DNA of 57,551 bases from Basidiobolus meristosporus CBS 931.73 (taxonomy: Eukaryota; Fungi; Basidiobolomycota). The translations under genes were made by a program, and so were the position numbers. This document shows, piece by piece, positions 23,090-37,079 of this stretch (its first letter is position 1; every line of letters begins with the position of its first letter). The notes under the pieces are model-generated. The model saw only the letters and a program-made list of their open reading frames with translations, did not search any database and had not been told where the DNA came from. The stretch lies in NCBI GenBank assembly GCA_002104905.1, contig MCFE01000563.1, forward strand, positions 1 through 57,551, given 5' to 3'.

Positions 23090-24477
23090 TGAACACTTGA
23101 TGCAGTGCAAGAAGGAACTATCCAAGTAAACCTATGAAGCAGTGAGGGAAGCCATACATTGACTTTAAAAGAAGTACTCTATGTACCAGAAATAGCCAAG
23201 AACCTACTATCTGTAAGCAAGGCCTCTACAAAAGGACTCAGTTTCAGCTTTGAGAATTCTGGATGCAAGATCACTAATCAAAATGGTGCCCTTATTGCTT
23301 TGGGCATCAGAGATCAGAATCTCTACAAGTTGACTTATATTCCATCACATCTGGAAGCCAATATAAGTAACTTAAATGAAGAGACACCAATGCTTTGGCA
23401 CAGGATATTTGGGCACATCAATTTTGATTATTTGCGCAAAATGATCAAAGATCAGCTAATTTCTGGAGTAAAAATTGATCCCCCAGCTAATATGAAACAC
23501 TGTGAAGCCTGTATATATGGGAAACACGCTAGACAACCATTCAAGAGCTCTGGGTGGATCAATCCTAAGAAAAAATTAGATCTAATTCACCCAGATGTTG
23601 GTGGACCTATGCAAAATTTATCCTTAGGTGGGATGAAGTATTTAATCACTTTTATTGATGATTATACAAGATACACATGGGTCTACTTCATGGAGAGAAA
23701 GGAAGAAGCTCTGTCTAAGCTCAGGGAGTTTTAAGATATGGTGGTGAGAGAAACTGGTGGAAAAATCAAGAAAATATGCCCTGACAAGGGTAGAAAATAT
23801 ACCTCAAAACTCTTGATCCACTTCTGCAAAACTCATGGGATAAAGCAAGAGACTACTGTACCATACTCCCAACAGCAAAATGGAGTAGCAGAATGTGCTA
23901 ACAAATCAGTATTGATATGGCAAGATCTATGATCCATGAGCAAAAATTATCCTATGATTTTTGGGCAGAATCAGTTGCCATTACTGTATATCTTAAAAAA
24001 AGGAATCATAACAGAATACTTTGTTGTTCTACTCCATTTGAAGCATGGTATGGATACAGATCAAGTATGGAATATCTAAGAATACTTGGGTGTACAGCAT
24101 ATGCCAAGAAACTGCCCAGAAATCAGTCAAAATTTGAGCCAAAAAGTGTAAAATGCATATTTTTGAGCTACTGCAATGAAAGTAAAGCATACAGACTCTA
24201 CAATGCCAAAGCAAAGAAGCTAATCAAGTCCAGGGATGTGTTGTTTGATGAAAATTCAAAATTCTCATAAAAAATGATATCAGACAATGACAAAAATCTG
24301 ATCTCAAGTCCACCAATTGTCAGGATTGAATCAGAGCAAAACAATGAAAATCTTTTCACTCCAGAGGATTCAACAACTGTGGTTCAGCCAGAATCAGTGC
24401 CTATGAATATCCCAGAAGTGCTCATTCCAGTATCAAATGCCCAGGGATCCAATTGGACAAGAAATAACCCAAATAAC
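23090..24477 (+). pseudogene. Copia fragment B (end of protease, GAG-pre-integrase, integrase)
   Basis: ORFs 23159-24531 are degraded copies of 25820-27185; cut off by the LTR at 24478. Confidence 0.85.
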
Positions 24478-27400
24478 TATTGTAAAAATTCGTATTTTCC
24501 ACCTAAATATTCACCTAACTTAGTCACTTAGATCATCACCTTCCAATCCTAGAGAATACTGACCAAATTCCTTGTTGGGATTTACTTAGAATATTTTCAC
24601 CAAAATACCAGGTACCCAGAACATGAAAATTCTCAAAGTTGTCCAAACAGCCCCAAACTTTGCACACATGTTCTTGGGACCTTCCTTAACCTATTCTACG
24701 TGTTTGTAATGCCAAGACCATGTAAAAGTATAAATACTACTTTTACATTCAATAAATCATTAAGTGAAAACCACATAATCTACTTGTTCTCCAAATCACT
24801 TCCAATATCTCCAAGACTCTTACAACAGGTTATGAGCCCCGAGCTGTCACTCTCTGCAATGTCTACTACTGCTATTACTGGAATTTTTCCCTCTGCTGAA
24901 AAGTTGGATGGATCTAACTACCAAGTGTGGAAGGTGAAGATGAAGATGCTGCTACAAGAAAGAGGCCTTTGGGATATTGTCATGGGAGAAGAATGCCCTC
25001 CTAAAAACGTGGGAGAGGAAGCCTTAAAGTACCAGAAGAAAGAACAAAGTGCCTTTAACTGCATTTGCCTTAATGTCAAGGACAAATTGCTAATTCAATG
25101 CTCAAGAGCAAAAACGGCAAAGAATGCCTGGAAAGCATTAGAAGAAACCTACCAGTCATGTTCAGCTGCCAAGAAAATGTATCTGAGAAGAAAATTCTTT
25201 ACTACAAAGATGCTGCCAGGAGAAGAAATGAAAAATCTAATTAACAGAATTACCCTGCTGGTAGATGAGATGGAATCTGTGGGCGTACCAACTACTGATG
25301 AGGATGTGATAGTTACCATCCTGAATAGCCTGACAGACGAGTTTCAGGGCCTTGTATCAGCCCTAGAGTCCAGAACTGAAGATTTGACCTTAAATTACGT
25401 ATATGGAAGGCTCCTGGATGAAGAATTAAGAAAATCAAGCGTCAATAAGAAGGAAGAAGAAAATGCTTTAATAAGCAATGATAACCAACAAAGGAGGTAC
25501 CCAAGACCCTACAAAGGCAACAGCAACCTATTTTGCAACTACTGCAAAAGGAAAGGACACACATCAGACCGGTGTTTCAAAAAGAGAGATTATCAGCAAA
25601 AGAAGCCTGAATATGGAAATGCTGCAACAACTGAAGATAGACTATTCATATCTGCACTAAATATGACCACAAACAAGGATTCTCAGACGTGGTATATTGA
25701 CTCTGGAGCTTCTCAACACTTTACACACCAAAAAGAACTTTTTACCCAATATCAAGAAATTCCAATTAAGAAGGTTTTCATGGGTGACGATAGAACACTT
25801 GATGCAGTGGGAGAAGGAACTATTCAAGTAAACCTTAGAAGCAGTGAAGGAAGCCATACACTGACCTTTAAAGAAGTACTCTATGTACCAGAAATAGCCA
25901 AGAACCTACTCTCTGTAAGCAAGGCCACAGCAGAAGGACTCAGTTTCAGTTTTGACAATTCTGGATGCAGGATCACTGATCAAAATGGTGCTCATATTGC
26001 TTCGGGCATCAGAGATCAGAATCTATACAAGCTGACTTATATTCCATCATATTTGGAAGCCAATATAAGTAACTTAAATGAAGAAACACCAATGCTTTGG
26101 CACAGGAGATTTGGACACATCAATTTTGATTATTTGCGCAAAATGATCAAAGATCAGCTAATTTCTGGAGTGAAAATTGATCCCCCAGCTAATTTGGAGC
26201 ACTGTGAAGCCTGCATATATGGGAAACAAGCCAGACAACCGTTCAAGAGCTCTGGGTTAATCAAAACTAAGAAAAAATTAGATCTAATTCACTCAGATCT
26301 GTGTGGACCTATGCAAAATTTATCCTTAGGCGGGATGAAGTATTTAATCACTTTTATTGATGATTATACAAGATACACATGGGTCTACTTCATGGAGAGA
26401 AAGGAAGAAGCTCTGTCTAAGCTCAGGGAGTTTAAAGCCATGGTGGAGAGAGAAACTGGTGAAAAAATCAAGAAAATACGCTCTGACAATGGTGGAGAAT
26501 ATACCTCAAAACTCTTCATCCACATCTGCAAAATTCATGGGATAAAGCAAGAGACTACTGTACCATACTCCCCACAGCAAAATGGAGTAGCAGAACGAGC
26601 TAACAGATCAATAATTGATATGGCAAGATCTATGATCCATGATCAAAAATTATCCTATGATTTTTGGGCGGAATCAGTTGCCACTGCTGTATACCTTAAA
26701 AATAGGAGTTATAACAGAATACTTCGTGATTCTACTCCATTCTAGAAGCATGGTATGGATACAGACCAAGTGCAGAACATCTAAGAATATTTGGGTGCAC
26801 AGCATATGCCAAAAAACGGCCGGAAATCAGTCAAAATTTGAGCCAAAAAGTGTAAAATGCATATTTTTGGGCTACTGCAATGAGAGTAAGGCATACAGAC
26901 TCTACAATACCGAAGCAAAGAAGCTTATCAAGTCCAGGGATGTGTTGTTTGATGAAAATTCAAAATTTTCACAAAAAATGACATCAGATGATGACAAAAA
27001 TTTGATCTCAAGTCCACCAATTGTCAGGATTGAATCAGAGCAAAACAATGAAAATTTTTTCACTCCAGAGGACTCTACAACCGTGGTTCAGCCAGAATCA
27101 GTGCCCAGGAATATCCCAGAAGTGATCATTCCAGTATCAAATGCCCGGAGATCCAATCGGACAAGAAATAGCCCAAATTACTATATCAATGAGGGTACAA
27201 ACTTAGCCTATGCCTATTCAGTCCATATTGATGAACCCCAGACTGTAAAAGAGGCCCTAAATAGCCCTCAGACAAAGTTTTGGAGATCTGCAATGACTGA
27301 GGAATATCAGGCACTGATGGAAAATCAAACTTGGGACTTAGTCAAATTACCAATCAACCGAAAATCAATTGGATGCAGATGGGTCTTCAAGACAAAATAC

Positions 27401-29162
27401 AAGGCTGATGGTACAATTGAAAGATACAAAGCAAGACTTGTAGCCAAAGGATACTCTCAAACAAAAGGACTTGACTATACTGAGACCTTTGCACCGGTAG
27501 CCAAGTTTAATTCCATCAGATTAATATTGGCTATTGCAGCCAAATATAAGTTTTTTATTCATCAAATGGATGTAAAAACTGCATTTTTGAATGGAGAACT
27601 TGATGAGGACGTGTATATGGACCAGCCTGATGGGTTTGTTGACCAAGATAACCCCCATTTGGTCTGCAAGCTTAAAAAGTCACTATATGGTCTCAAACAA
27701 TCACCGAGAGCCTGGAATTGCAAGATAGATTCTTATTTGGAATCTTTGAGTTTCAAAAGGAGTAATGCTGACTATAGTATATACTATAAGCCAGATAGAG
27801 CAAATCCAGTTCTATTAGCTCTATATGTGGATGATCTTATTATAGCCGCCAATAACCTAGAAACATTGGAAGAGACTAAATCCAGCCTATCTAAGGAGTT
27901 CAAGATGTCCGATCTAGGAGAACTTAGTTACTACTTAGGGATTAAGTTCTCCATAGACAGAAGTACCCAGACTATTACCCTAAGCCAATCCAAGTATATT
28001 CAAGATATACTAAAGAAGTACAAAATGGAAGACTGTAAACCGGCAGCTACCCCAATGGAGACAAACCTTAACTTGGTCAAAACTCAACCAAATCAAGAGA
28101 GCTTGGTGCCATCTGAAAGCCCTGACTTTCCTTATCAATCTATGGTCGGCAGTCTGATGTATATCATGCTTGGAACACGTCCAGATATCTCATATTCAGT
28201 GGGAGTTGTCAGCCAACATAATCAGAATTATGGATCTGATCATATTGCAGCAGTTAAGCGGATTTTTAGATACCTAAAAGGAACTGCTGATATCTGCTTA
28301 AGATACACTTATAAGGATTCAGAACAGGATCTTGTGGGATACTCTGATGCTGATTGGGGACGAAATTTAGAAGACAGAAGATCCACCACAGGATACACCT
28401 TTCTTTACTGTAAAGGAGCATTTCATGGAATTCAAGAAAGCAACCAACCGTAGCACTTTCTACTACAGAGGCAGAGTATATGGCAGCCTGTGAAGCTACA
28501 AAAGAAGCAATGTGGTTAAGAAAGCTCTTTACAGATTTAGGCCTATGTCAAAAAACGCCTATTACTTTATTTCAAGATAATCAAGGATGTATACAATTAG
28601 GTAGAAATCCAACTTTTCATGCTAGAACCAAGCACATAGATATTAGACATCATTTCATACGTGAAGCTATAGAGAATAACTTAGTTAGCTTAGTTTACTG
28701 TCCTACAGATGAAATGATTGCAGACATATTTACCAAACCATTAGCTAGAGACAAGTTTGAATATCTTAGGTCAAAATTAGGACTAGTCAGTATGAACATT
28801 TAGCTGAGTGGGAGTGTTGTAAAAATTCGTATTTCCACCTAAATATTCACCTAACTTAGTCACTTAGATCATCACCTTCAAATCCTAGAGAATACTGACC
28901 AAATTCCTTGTCGGGATTTACTTAGAATATTTTCACCAAAATACCAGGTACCCAGAACATGAAAATTCTCAAAGTTGTCCAAACAGCCCCAAACTTTGCA
29001 CACATGTTCTTGGGACCTTCCTTAACCTATTCTACGTGTTTGTAATGCCAAGACCATGTAAAAGTATAAATACTACTTTTACATTCAATAAATCATTAAG
29101 TGAAAACCACATAATCTACTTGTTCTCCAATCACTTCCAATATCTCCAAGACTCTTACAACA
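24478..29162 (+). mobile_element. Near-intact Ty1/copia element (arm C)
   Basis: LTRs 24478-24827 and 28815-29162 (~350 bp, end CAACA); PBS GGTTATGAGCCCC 24828-24840; PPT GAGTGGGAG. Confidence 0.95.
24832..28803 (+). CDS. pol: Copia Gag-Pol polyprotein (~1,320 aa once about 3 small indels are corrected against the other arm)
   Basis: CNYCKRKGHTSDRC knuckle; WYIDSGASQH protease; CEACIYGKQ / HSDLCGP / RSDNGGEY / QNGVAERANR integrase; QMDVKTAFLNG and LYVDDL RT; YSDADWG and FQDNQG RNase H. Confidence 0.93.
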
Positions 29163-32100
29163 GTATTTACTTATGATTTATTGAATGTAAAAGTAGTATT
29201 TATACTTTTACCTGGTCTTGGCATTACAAACAGTAGAATAGGTTAAGGAAGGTCCCAAGACATGTGTGCAAAGTTTGGGCTGTTTGGACAACTTTGAGAA
29301 TTTTCATGTTCTGGGTACCTGGTATTTTGGTGAAAATATTCTAAGTAAATCCAACAAGGAATTTGGTCAGTATTCTCTAGGATTTGAAGGTAATGATCTA
29401 AGTGACTAAGTTAGGTGAATATTTAGGTGGAAATACAAATTTTTACAACACTCCCACTCAGCTAAATGTTCATACTGACTAGTCCTAATTTTGACCTAAG
29501 ATATTCAAACTTGTCTCTAGCTAATGGTTTGGTAAATATGTCTGCAATCATTTCATCTGTAGGACAGTAAACTAAGCTAACTAAGTTATTCTCTATAGCT
29601 TCACGTATGAAATGATGTCTAATATCTATGTGCTTGGTTCTAGCATGAAAAGTTGGATTTCTACCTAATTGTATACATCCTTGATTATCTTGAAATAAAG
29701 TAATAGGCGTTTTTTGACATAGGCCTAAATCTGTAAAAGCTTTCTTAACCACATTGCTTCTTTTGTAGCTTCACAGGCTGCCATATACTCTGCCTCTGTG
29801 GTAGAAAGTGCTACGGTTGGTTGCTTTCTTGAATTCCATGAAATTGCTCCTTTACAGTAAAGAAAGGTGTATCCTGTGGTGGATCTTCTGTCTTCTAAAT
29901 TTTGTCCCCAATCAGCATCAGAGTATCCCACAAGATCCTGTTCTGAATCCTTATAAGTGTATCTTAAGCAGATATCAGCAGTTCCTTTTAGGTATCTAAA
30001 AATCCGCTTAACTGCTGCAATATGATCAGATCCATAGTTCTGATTATGTTGGCTGACAACTCCCACTGAATATGAGATATCTGGACGTGTTCCAAGCATG
30101 ATATACATCAGACTGCCGACCATAGATTGATAAGGAAAGTCAGGGCTTTCAGATGGCACCAAGCTCTCTTGATTTGGTTGAGTTTTGACCAAGTTAAGGT
30201 TTGTCTCCATTGGGGTAGCTGCCGGTTTACAGTCTTCCATTTTGTACTTCTTTAGTATATCTTGAATATACTTGGATTGGCTTAGGGTAATAGTCTGGGT
30301 ACTTCTGTCTATGGAGAACTTAATCCCTAAGTAGTAACTAAGTTCTCCTAGATCGGACATCTTGAACTCCTTAGATAGGCTGGATTTAGTCTCTTCCAAT
30401 GTTTCTAGGTTATTGGCGGCTATAATAAGATCATCCACATATAGAGCTAATAGAACTGGATTTGCTCTATCTGGCTTATAGTATATACTATAGTCAGCAT
30501 TACTCTTTTGAAACTCAAAGATTCCAAATAAGAATCTATCTTGCAATTCCAGGCTCTTGGTGATTGTTTGAGACCATATAGTGACTTTTTAAGCTTGCAG
30601 ACCAAATGGGGGTTATCTTGGTCAACAAACCCATCAGGCTGGTCCATATACACGTCCTCATCAAGTTCTCCATTCAAAAATGCAGTTTTTACATCCATTT
30701 GATGAATAAAAAACTTATATTTGGCTGCAATAGCCAATATTAATCTGATGGAATTAAACTTGGCTACCGGTGCAAAGGTCTCAGTATAGTCAAGTCCTTT
30801 TGTTTGAGAGTATCCTTTGGCTACAAGTCTTGCTTTGTATCTTTCAATTGTACCATCAGCCTTGTATTTTGTCTTGAAGACCCATCTGCATCCAATTGAT
30901 TTTTGGTTGATTGGTAATTTGACTAAGTCCCAAGTTTGATTTTCCATCAGGGCCTGATATTCCTCAGTCATTGCAGATCTCCAAAACTTTGTCTGAGGGC
31001 TATTTAGGGCCTCTTTTACAGTCTGGGGTTCATCAATATGGACTGAATAGGCATAGGCTAAGTTTGTACCCTCATTGATATAGTAATTTGGGCTATTTCT
31101 TGTCCGATTGGATCTCCGGGCATTTGATACTGGAATGATCACTTCTGGGATATTCCTGGGCACTGATTCTGGCTGAACCACGGTTGTAGAGTCCTCTGGA
31201 GTGAAAAAATTTTCATTGTTTTGCTCTGATTCAATCCTGACAATTGGTGGACTTGAGATCAAATTTTTGTCATCATCTGATGTCATTTTTTGTGAAAATT
31301 TTGAATTTTCATCAAACAACACATCCCTGGACTTGATCAGCTTCTTTGCTTTGGTATTGTAGAGTCTGTATGCCTTACTCTCATTGCAGTAGCCCAAAAA
31401 TATGCATTTTACACTTTTTGGCTCAAATTTTGACTGATTTCCGGCCAGTTTTTTGGCATATGCTGTACACCCAAATATTCTTAGATGTTCTGCACTTGGT
31501 CTGTATCCATACCATGCTTCAAATGGAGTAGAATCACAAAGTATTCTGTTATAACTCCTATTTTTAAGATATACAGCAGTGGCAACTGATTCCGCCCAAA
31601 AATCATAGGATAATTTTTGATCATGGATCATAGATCTTGCCATATCAATTATTGATCTGTTAGCTCGTTCTGCTACTCCATTTTGCTGTGGGGAGTATGG
31701 TACAGTAGTCTCTTGCTTTATCCCATGAATTTTGCAGAAGTGGATGAAGAGTTTTGAGGTATATTCTCCACCATTGTCAGAGCGTATTTTCTTGATTTTT
31801 TCACCAGTTTCTCTCTCCACCATGGCTTTAAACTCCCTGAGCTTAGACAGAGCTTCTTCCTTTCTCTCCATGAAGTAGACCCATGTGTATCTTGTATAAT
31901 CATCAATAAAAGTGATTAAATACTTCATCCCGCCTAAGGATAAATTTTGCATAGGTCCACACAGATCTGAGTGAATTAGATCTAATTTTTTCTTAGTTTT
32001 GATTAACCCAGAGCTCTTGAACGGTTGTCTGGCTTGTTTCCCATATATGCAGGCTTCACAGTGCTCCAAATTAGCTGGGGGATCAATTTTCACTCCAGAA

Positions 32101-33784
32101 ATTAGCTGATCTTTGATCATTTTACGCAAATAATCAAAATTGATGTGTCCAAATCTCCTGTGCCAAAGCATTGGTGTTTCTTCATTTAAGTTACTTATAT
32201 TGGCTTCCAGATATGATGGAATATAAGTCAACTTGTATAGATTCTGATCTCTGATGCCCAAAGCAATATGGGCACCATTTTGATCAGTGATCCTGCATCC
32301 AGAATTGTCAAAACTGAAACTGAGTCCTTCTGCTGTGGCCTTGCTTACAGAGAGTAGGTTCTTGGCTATTTCTGGTACATAGAGTACTTCTTTAAAGGTC
32401 AGTGTATGGCTTCCTTCACTGCTTCTAAGGTTTACTTGGATAGTTCCTTCTCCCACTGCATCAAGTGTTCTATTGTCACCCATGAAAACCTTCTTAATTG
32501 GAATTTCTTGATATTGGGTAAAAAGTTCTTTTTGGTGTGTAAAGTGTTGAGAAGCTCCAGAGTCAATATACCACGTCTGAGAATCCTTGTTTGTGGTCAT
32601 ATTTAGTGCAGATATGAATAGTCTATCTTCAGTTGTTGCAGCATTTCCATATTCAGGCTTCTTTTGCTGATAATCTCTCTTTTTGAAACACCGGTCTGAT
32701 GTGTGTCCTTTCCTTTTGCAGTAGTTGCAAAATAGGTTGCTGTTGCCTTTGTAGGGTCTTGGGTACCTCCTTTGTTGGTTATCATTGCTTATTAAAGCAT
32801 TTTCTTCTTCCTTCTTATTGGCGCTTGATTTTCTTAATTCTTCATCCAGGAGCCTTCCATATACGTAATTTAAGGTCAAATCTTCAGTTCTGGACTCTAG
32901 GGCTGATACAAGGCCCTGAAACTTGTCTGTCAGGCTATTCAGGATGGTAACTATCACATCCTCATCAGTAGTTGGTACGCCCACAGATTCCATCTCATCT
33001 ACCAGCAGGGTAATTCTGTTAATTAGATTTTTCATTTCTTCTCCTGGCAGCATCTTTGTAGTAAAGAATTTTCTTCTCAGATACATTTTCTTGGCAGCTG
33101 AACATGACTGGTAGGTGTCTTCTAATGCTTCCAGGCATTCTTTGCCGTTTTTGCTCTTGAGCATTGAATTAGCAATTTGTCCTTGACATTAAGGCAAATG
33201 CAGTTAAAGGCACTTTGTTCTTTCTTCTGGTACTTTAAGGCTTCCTCTCCCACGTTTTTAGGAGGGCATTCTTCTCCCATGACAATATCCCAAAGGCCTC
33301 TTTCTTGTAGCAGCATCTTCATCTTCACCTTCCACACTTGGTAGTTAGATCCATCCAACTTTTCAGCAGAGGGAAAAATTCCAGTAATAGCAGTAGTAGA
33401 CATTGCAGAGAGTGACAGCTTGGGGCTCATAACCTGTTGTAAGAGTCTTGGAGATATTGGAAGTGATTGGGAGAACAAGTAGATTATGTGGTTTTCACTT
33501 AATGATTTATTGAATGTAAAAGTAGTATTTATACTTTTACATGGTCTTGGCATTACAAACACGTAGAATAGGTTAAGGAAGGTCCCAAGAACATGTGTGC
33601 AAAGTTTGGGGCTGTTTGGACAACTTTGAGAATTTTCATGTTCTGGGTACCTGGTATTTTGGTGAAAATATTCTAAGTAAATCCCAACAAGGAATTTGGT
33701 CAGTATTCTCTAGGATTGGAAGGTGATGATCTAAGTGACTAAGTTAGGTGAATATTTAGGTGGAAAATACGAATTTTTACAACA
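29163..33784 (-). mobile_element. Near-intact Ty1/copia element (arm D), inverted relative to C, with its 3' LTR missing the last ~60 bp
   Basis: 5' LTR 33435-33784; PBS 33422-33434; PPT 29451-29459; partial 3' LTR 29163-29450. Confidence 0.95.
29462..33430 (-). CDS. pol: Copia Gag-Pol polyprotein, split by about three 1-nt deletions
   Basis: ORFs 33122-33562, 30447-33164, 29725-30546 and 29462-29752 reconstruct the same protein as arm C (~99% identical). Confidence 0.93.
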
Positions 33785-33845
33785 AAAACTGCATAATCTA
33801 CTTGTTCTCCCAATCACTTCCAATATCTTGAAGACTCTTACAACA
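33785..33845 (+). repeat. Isolated last ~60 bp of a copia LTR
   Basis: AAAACTGCATAATCTACTTGTTCTCC...GACTCTTACAACA is exactly the part missing from 29163-29450, in the opposite orientation. Confidence 0.85.
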
Positions 33846-34379
33846 ACCTGCAGGGCTCCCACCAAAGGCATGGGCAAAAGGCATTATGGCTGAGACATGT
33901 ATTGAATAGTGGTCTTTGATGGAGCTACATGTTGAGTGCAAAGTTGGGCTTAATTTTGGTATTAGGTATAGGGACCTGTTTAGGTCAATGCAATCTACAA
34001 CAGAGTTACCATTAGAGGTTCCACAGAAATATACCAATTGCATGCATGAAGAGTGAGATCACTGGTTGTGTCAGTTGGTAATAAGTGTGAAAAGAGGCGC
34101 TAGCCAATTAATATACACATATGCAGGAGACGGTTGAGTGTCTGGGATCACCAAGTGAGCGCAATGGCAGAAAACCAATCAAAGGCAACTTAGGGAACAT
34201 TGTGATGAGGAATTTTCACCAAGTTTTTTTGTGGAATTGAAGGTGCAATTTTTCTCCCACAGTTGTTGCACTGTGTCCTATTGGCATCAATACCCCTTGG
34301 TCACAGGATTGAAATTTTGCAACAGCCTTTTGATGGGATCATCACCGTTATTCTCATAGGGGTGATATTCATACTTTGA

Positions 34380-34621
34380 CATGGTCCTGGCAAAAAAACA
34401 CCTTGAATATGCTCAGGAAGATCCCGAGAAGATGTTTACAAAGTGCGAAGCTGTTGGGACAACCCTGAGATTTCCTATGTGGTGGGTACTTCATATTTCG
34501 GGGAAAATGTTCCAAACAAATCCCATCAAGGAACTGGGCGAGAATTCCCCAAGTTTCTTGGACTATGATCTAAGTGACCAAGTTGGGGGAGTGTTTAGGT
34601 GTGATCACGAAATTTACAACA
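34380..34621 (-). repeat. Diverged copia-family LTR relic
   Basis: GATCTAAGTGACCAAGTT...GAAATTTACAACA resembles the reverse-complement LTR start; left boundary approximate. Confidence 0.5.
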
Positions 34622-34699
34622 AGAAAGCCAAGTAGATTAGGATTTGGTCCAGCACCATGACTCCGGAGGTGAGTATCACACATGTACTCTTGGATGCGC

Positions 34700-37000
34700 C
34701 TCAACATGACTACAACGATCAACCACAAAAATGGTCGCCAACATTTGTTTGCGTCCAATCGGACAAAGGCTACCCATTCTTGGGTTGATTTGTGTTTGGG
34801 TCTAGTGAGGCAGATCGGGAACTATCCTGTTGACAGACTGCATAGCAATGGTTAGTGGGAGACGACTAGTGTGTATCGCACGAATGCTCTAGTCCAGTAG
34901 CCCAGTGCCAACCCCACCCGGGATCTTGCAACAAAGCGCAATTGATTCCGGCCTGGATTGGTTAAGAAGAACTCAATGAACATCTGGCCAGGCATTCCTG
35001 CGCAACTGCAATAGCAATGTCATCCGCACCAGAGCCAAATTTTGTCGGCGGCTAGGGAACCTCGTGGTGATAGAATATGAAGTGGTTCGCCAATAGAGTC
35101 CTGCGAAGTACATCATAGGTTGGGAGACGAGGTGCCAAAAATGATTTGATGGGTGGGTAAGCCACTTCGCAAGCTGTCCATCTTCTCGTGAATTCTATCG
35201 AATCCGCATCTGGACATTTGTTGGGGCAACGTTGTCGATTCTGCTCGGCCATTACTAATCTTTCCAAGGCGCATGGCAGTCCCGTGAGAATCGTCGCTTC
35301 AGGGGCCTACGTTTATCACCGCATTGAACGTCTCCAGCATACCCACAGTGAAGAAGCCAACCACAAATCGGTGCAGTTCGGAGGTCCCCATATCCTATTG
35401 GCCTTACAAGCGTTGCTCGACTTGTGAAGGTCTTGGTAAATTGCCAGATCCGGGGCAGGAAGTTGATAGCCCAAGCAAGGCCAGGCATACTTGGTATGGT
35501 TGGGTGTTTCGGGGGGGAATGGATTACCACAATGTGGCTTGAAGTTGGCCAGTGGAAGATTCCACTGGTGATATATTGGGTTCAACACCCGGCCAAAGAA
35601 TTACACTATACCTTCAAGGCGGAGTCTCACTGGAGCGTTGATTGTCAGCAGAAGACCTGTGGTTGGGTAGGGAAACTCTGAACTGATCGCTCACCAAACG
35701 CTGTCGTGGTATGCAGGACATGGTGAAGAGCGCCTTACCTGAGATTGATCGACTGCATTAGCGGTGGATTTGTGAAACGAATGGGATGACTCGAAACCTG
35801 TGCCAATTGGGCCTGGCTTCAGAAGGAATCCATATTTGGATGCGTCCACCATCGACTGGACCTTGGGAAGGCCGTCACCACGTGACCAGGGGACCCCGAT
35901 AAGTACCTACTAGAGATCGTCTACTTTCCATATTCCGATATATCATAAGCCACCCGCCATAAACAAGCGACAGATCAACCATCTACGCCACCTGGTCCCC
36001 GACACTAGACGACCGATGGGAAGGTTGGCAATGCCCAACACTCCTAGACGATGCATCAGGGGGATGCACTTTATTGACAAATGCGGGTGCAGTCGCTACC
36101 ATATCCGTTAAACCACCACAGAGATCATCTTCCAAGGAAGTTCCTCAACCAGTGGGCCCACCCATTCCCATGCCACGCACAAATACCGGCCACCAGAAGC
36201 CCGACCTTTTCCAGTTTCGATCAGAGAATGTCCGAATGGAAGCGTTTCCAATCAGTCGATAAGGAGCCACAAGTACGCTTCGGCATGGCGCTTCTCTTAG
36301 CCCAAGCAACCTTCGTCGCACTCTTGCCAAGGAGATGAGCCATGCGTGCCGAACAGCTCAAGTCCCGCGGGTGCAGACCAGCCAAGGGCTTGGATTTCAT
36401 GTTGAGATGGCCCAATCATCGTGGCCAGCGCAACCAGGCTGATGGATCCCACCCCATCCCCCAACGATCAAGGAATCTTTCGAGCTCACAACAAACAATG
36501 CCCAACCTCGACGGAAATGGCCGATTGGTGGGTATTTTTGGCTGTCTTACTTGTCTCTGGAGCCACGATTCGAATCTCACCGATTTGGGTGGGTCAAGTG
36601 GACCAATCTGCGCTCGATGTATCCAGACTCGAGGGTGGGCTCCTGGGCAATGGCTGCCAAGTGACGGTAGACTGGTGACAGAACAGCAGGTGTGCAGAAC
36701 ATCATCCCAAGGCGTTTCAACCAGGGAAGGGCCGAGAAGCATTCGACGGGTGGCTTCAGGAAGGTGTCTTGACCAAAACGGTTGGATCCCTCCAAAAGAC
36801 GCCCCGTTTGGAAACAAACGTCCCAAGGGTTGAGCCGATCCAGCCCAATCGGGCATCTCTACCATGGCCAGAAATCCGGTCGGGAACAGTGGTTGGAAGT
36901 GGTCTAGGGAAATGGCAGGGTTTATTTTACTTGGTTGTACCCTACGGGTGGGGCCCGCTCGCACGCATGTCATCACGACCGGGCGGCCCCGAATGTTTTG
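34700..37000 (-). pseudogene. Possible highly degenerate L1/Tx1-like non-LTR retrotransposon 3' half
   Basis: Scattered frame fragments recall LINE C-terminal motifs: GGWGGI (GGLG-like), RPNWHRFRVIP, PHCGNPFPPETPNH...WPC (CCHC finger-like), LWLASSLWVCWRR. No intact RT motif seen. Confidence 0.4.
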
Positions 37001-37079
37001 GGCGCATATTCAACAAAGGCATTGGCACTATACAGTCTATTTACATAGGTTTGGACCATTCGCGGGGTGGGTCAAGAAG

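Noticed and set aside
24700-24831. N-terminal extension MFVMPRPCKS... of the copia ORFs (also 33431-33562 and 42519-42728)
   Set aside because: It starts at a GTG inside the LTR; an ORF-caller extension rather than the probable start.
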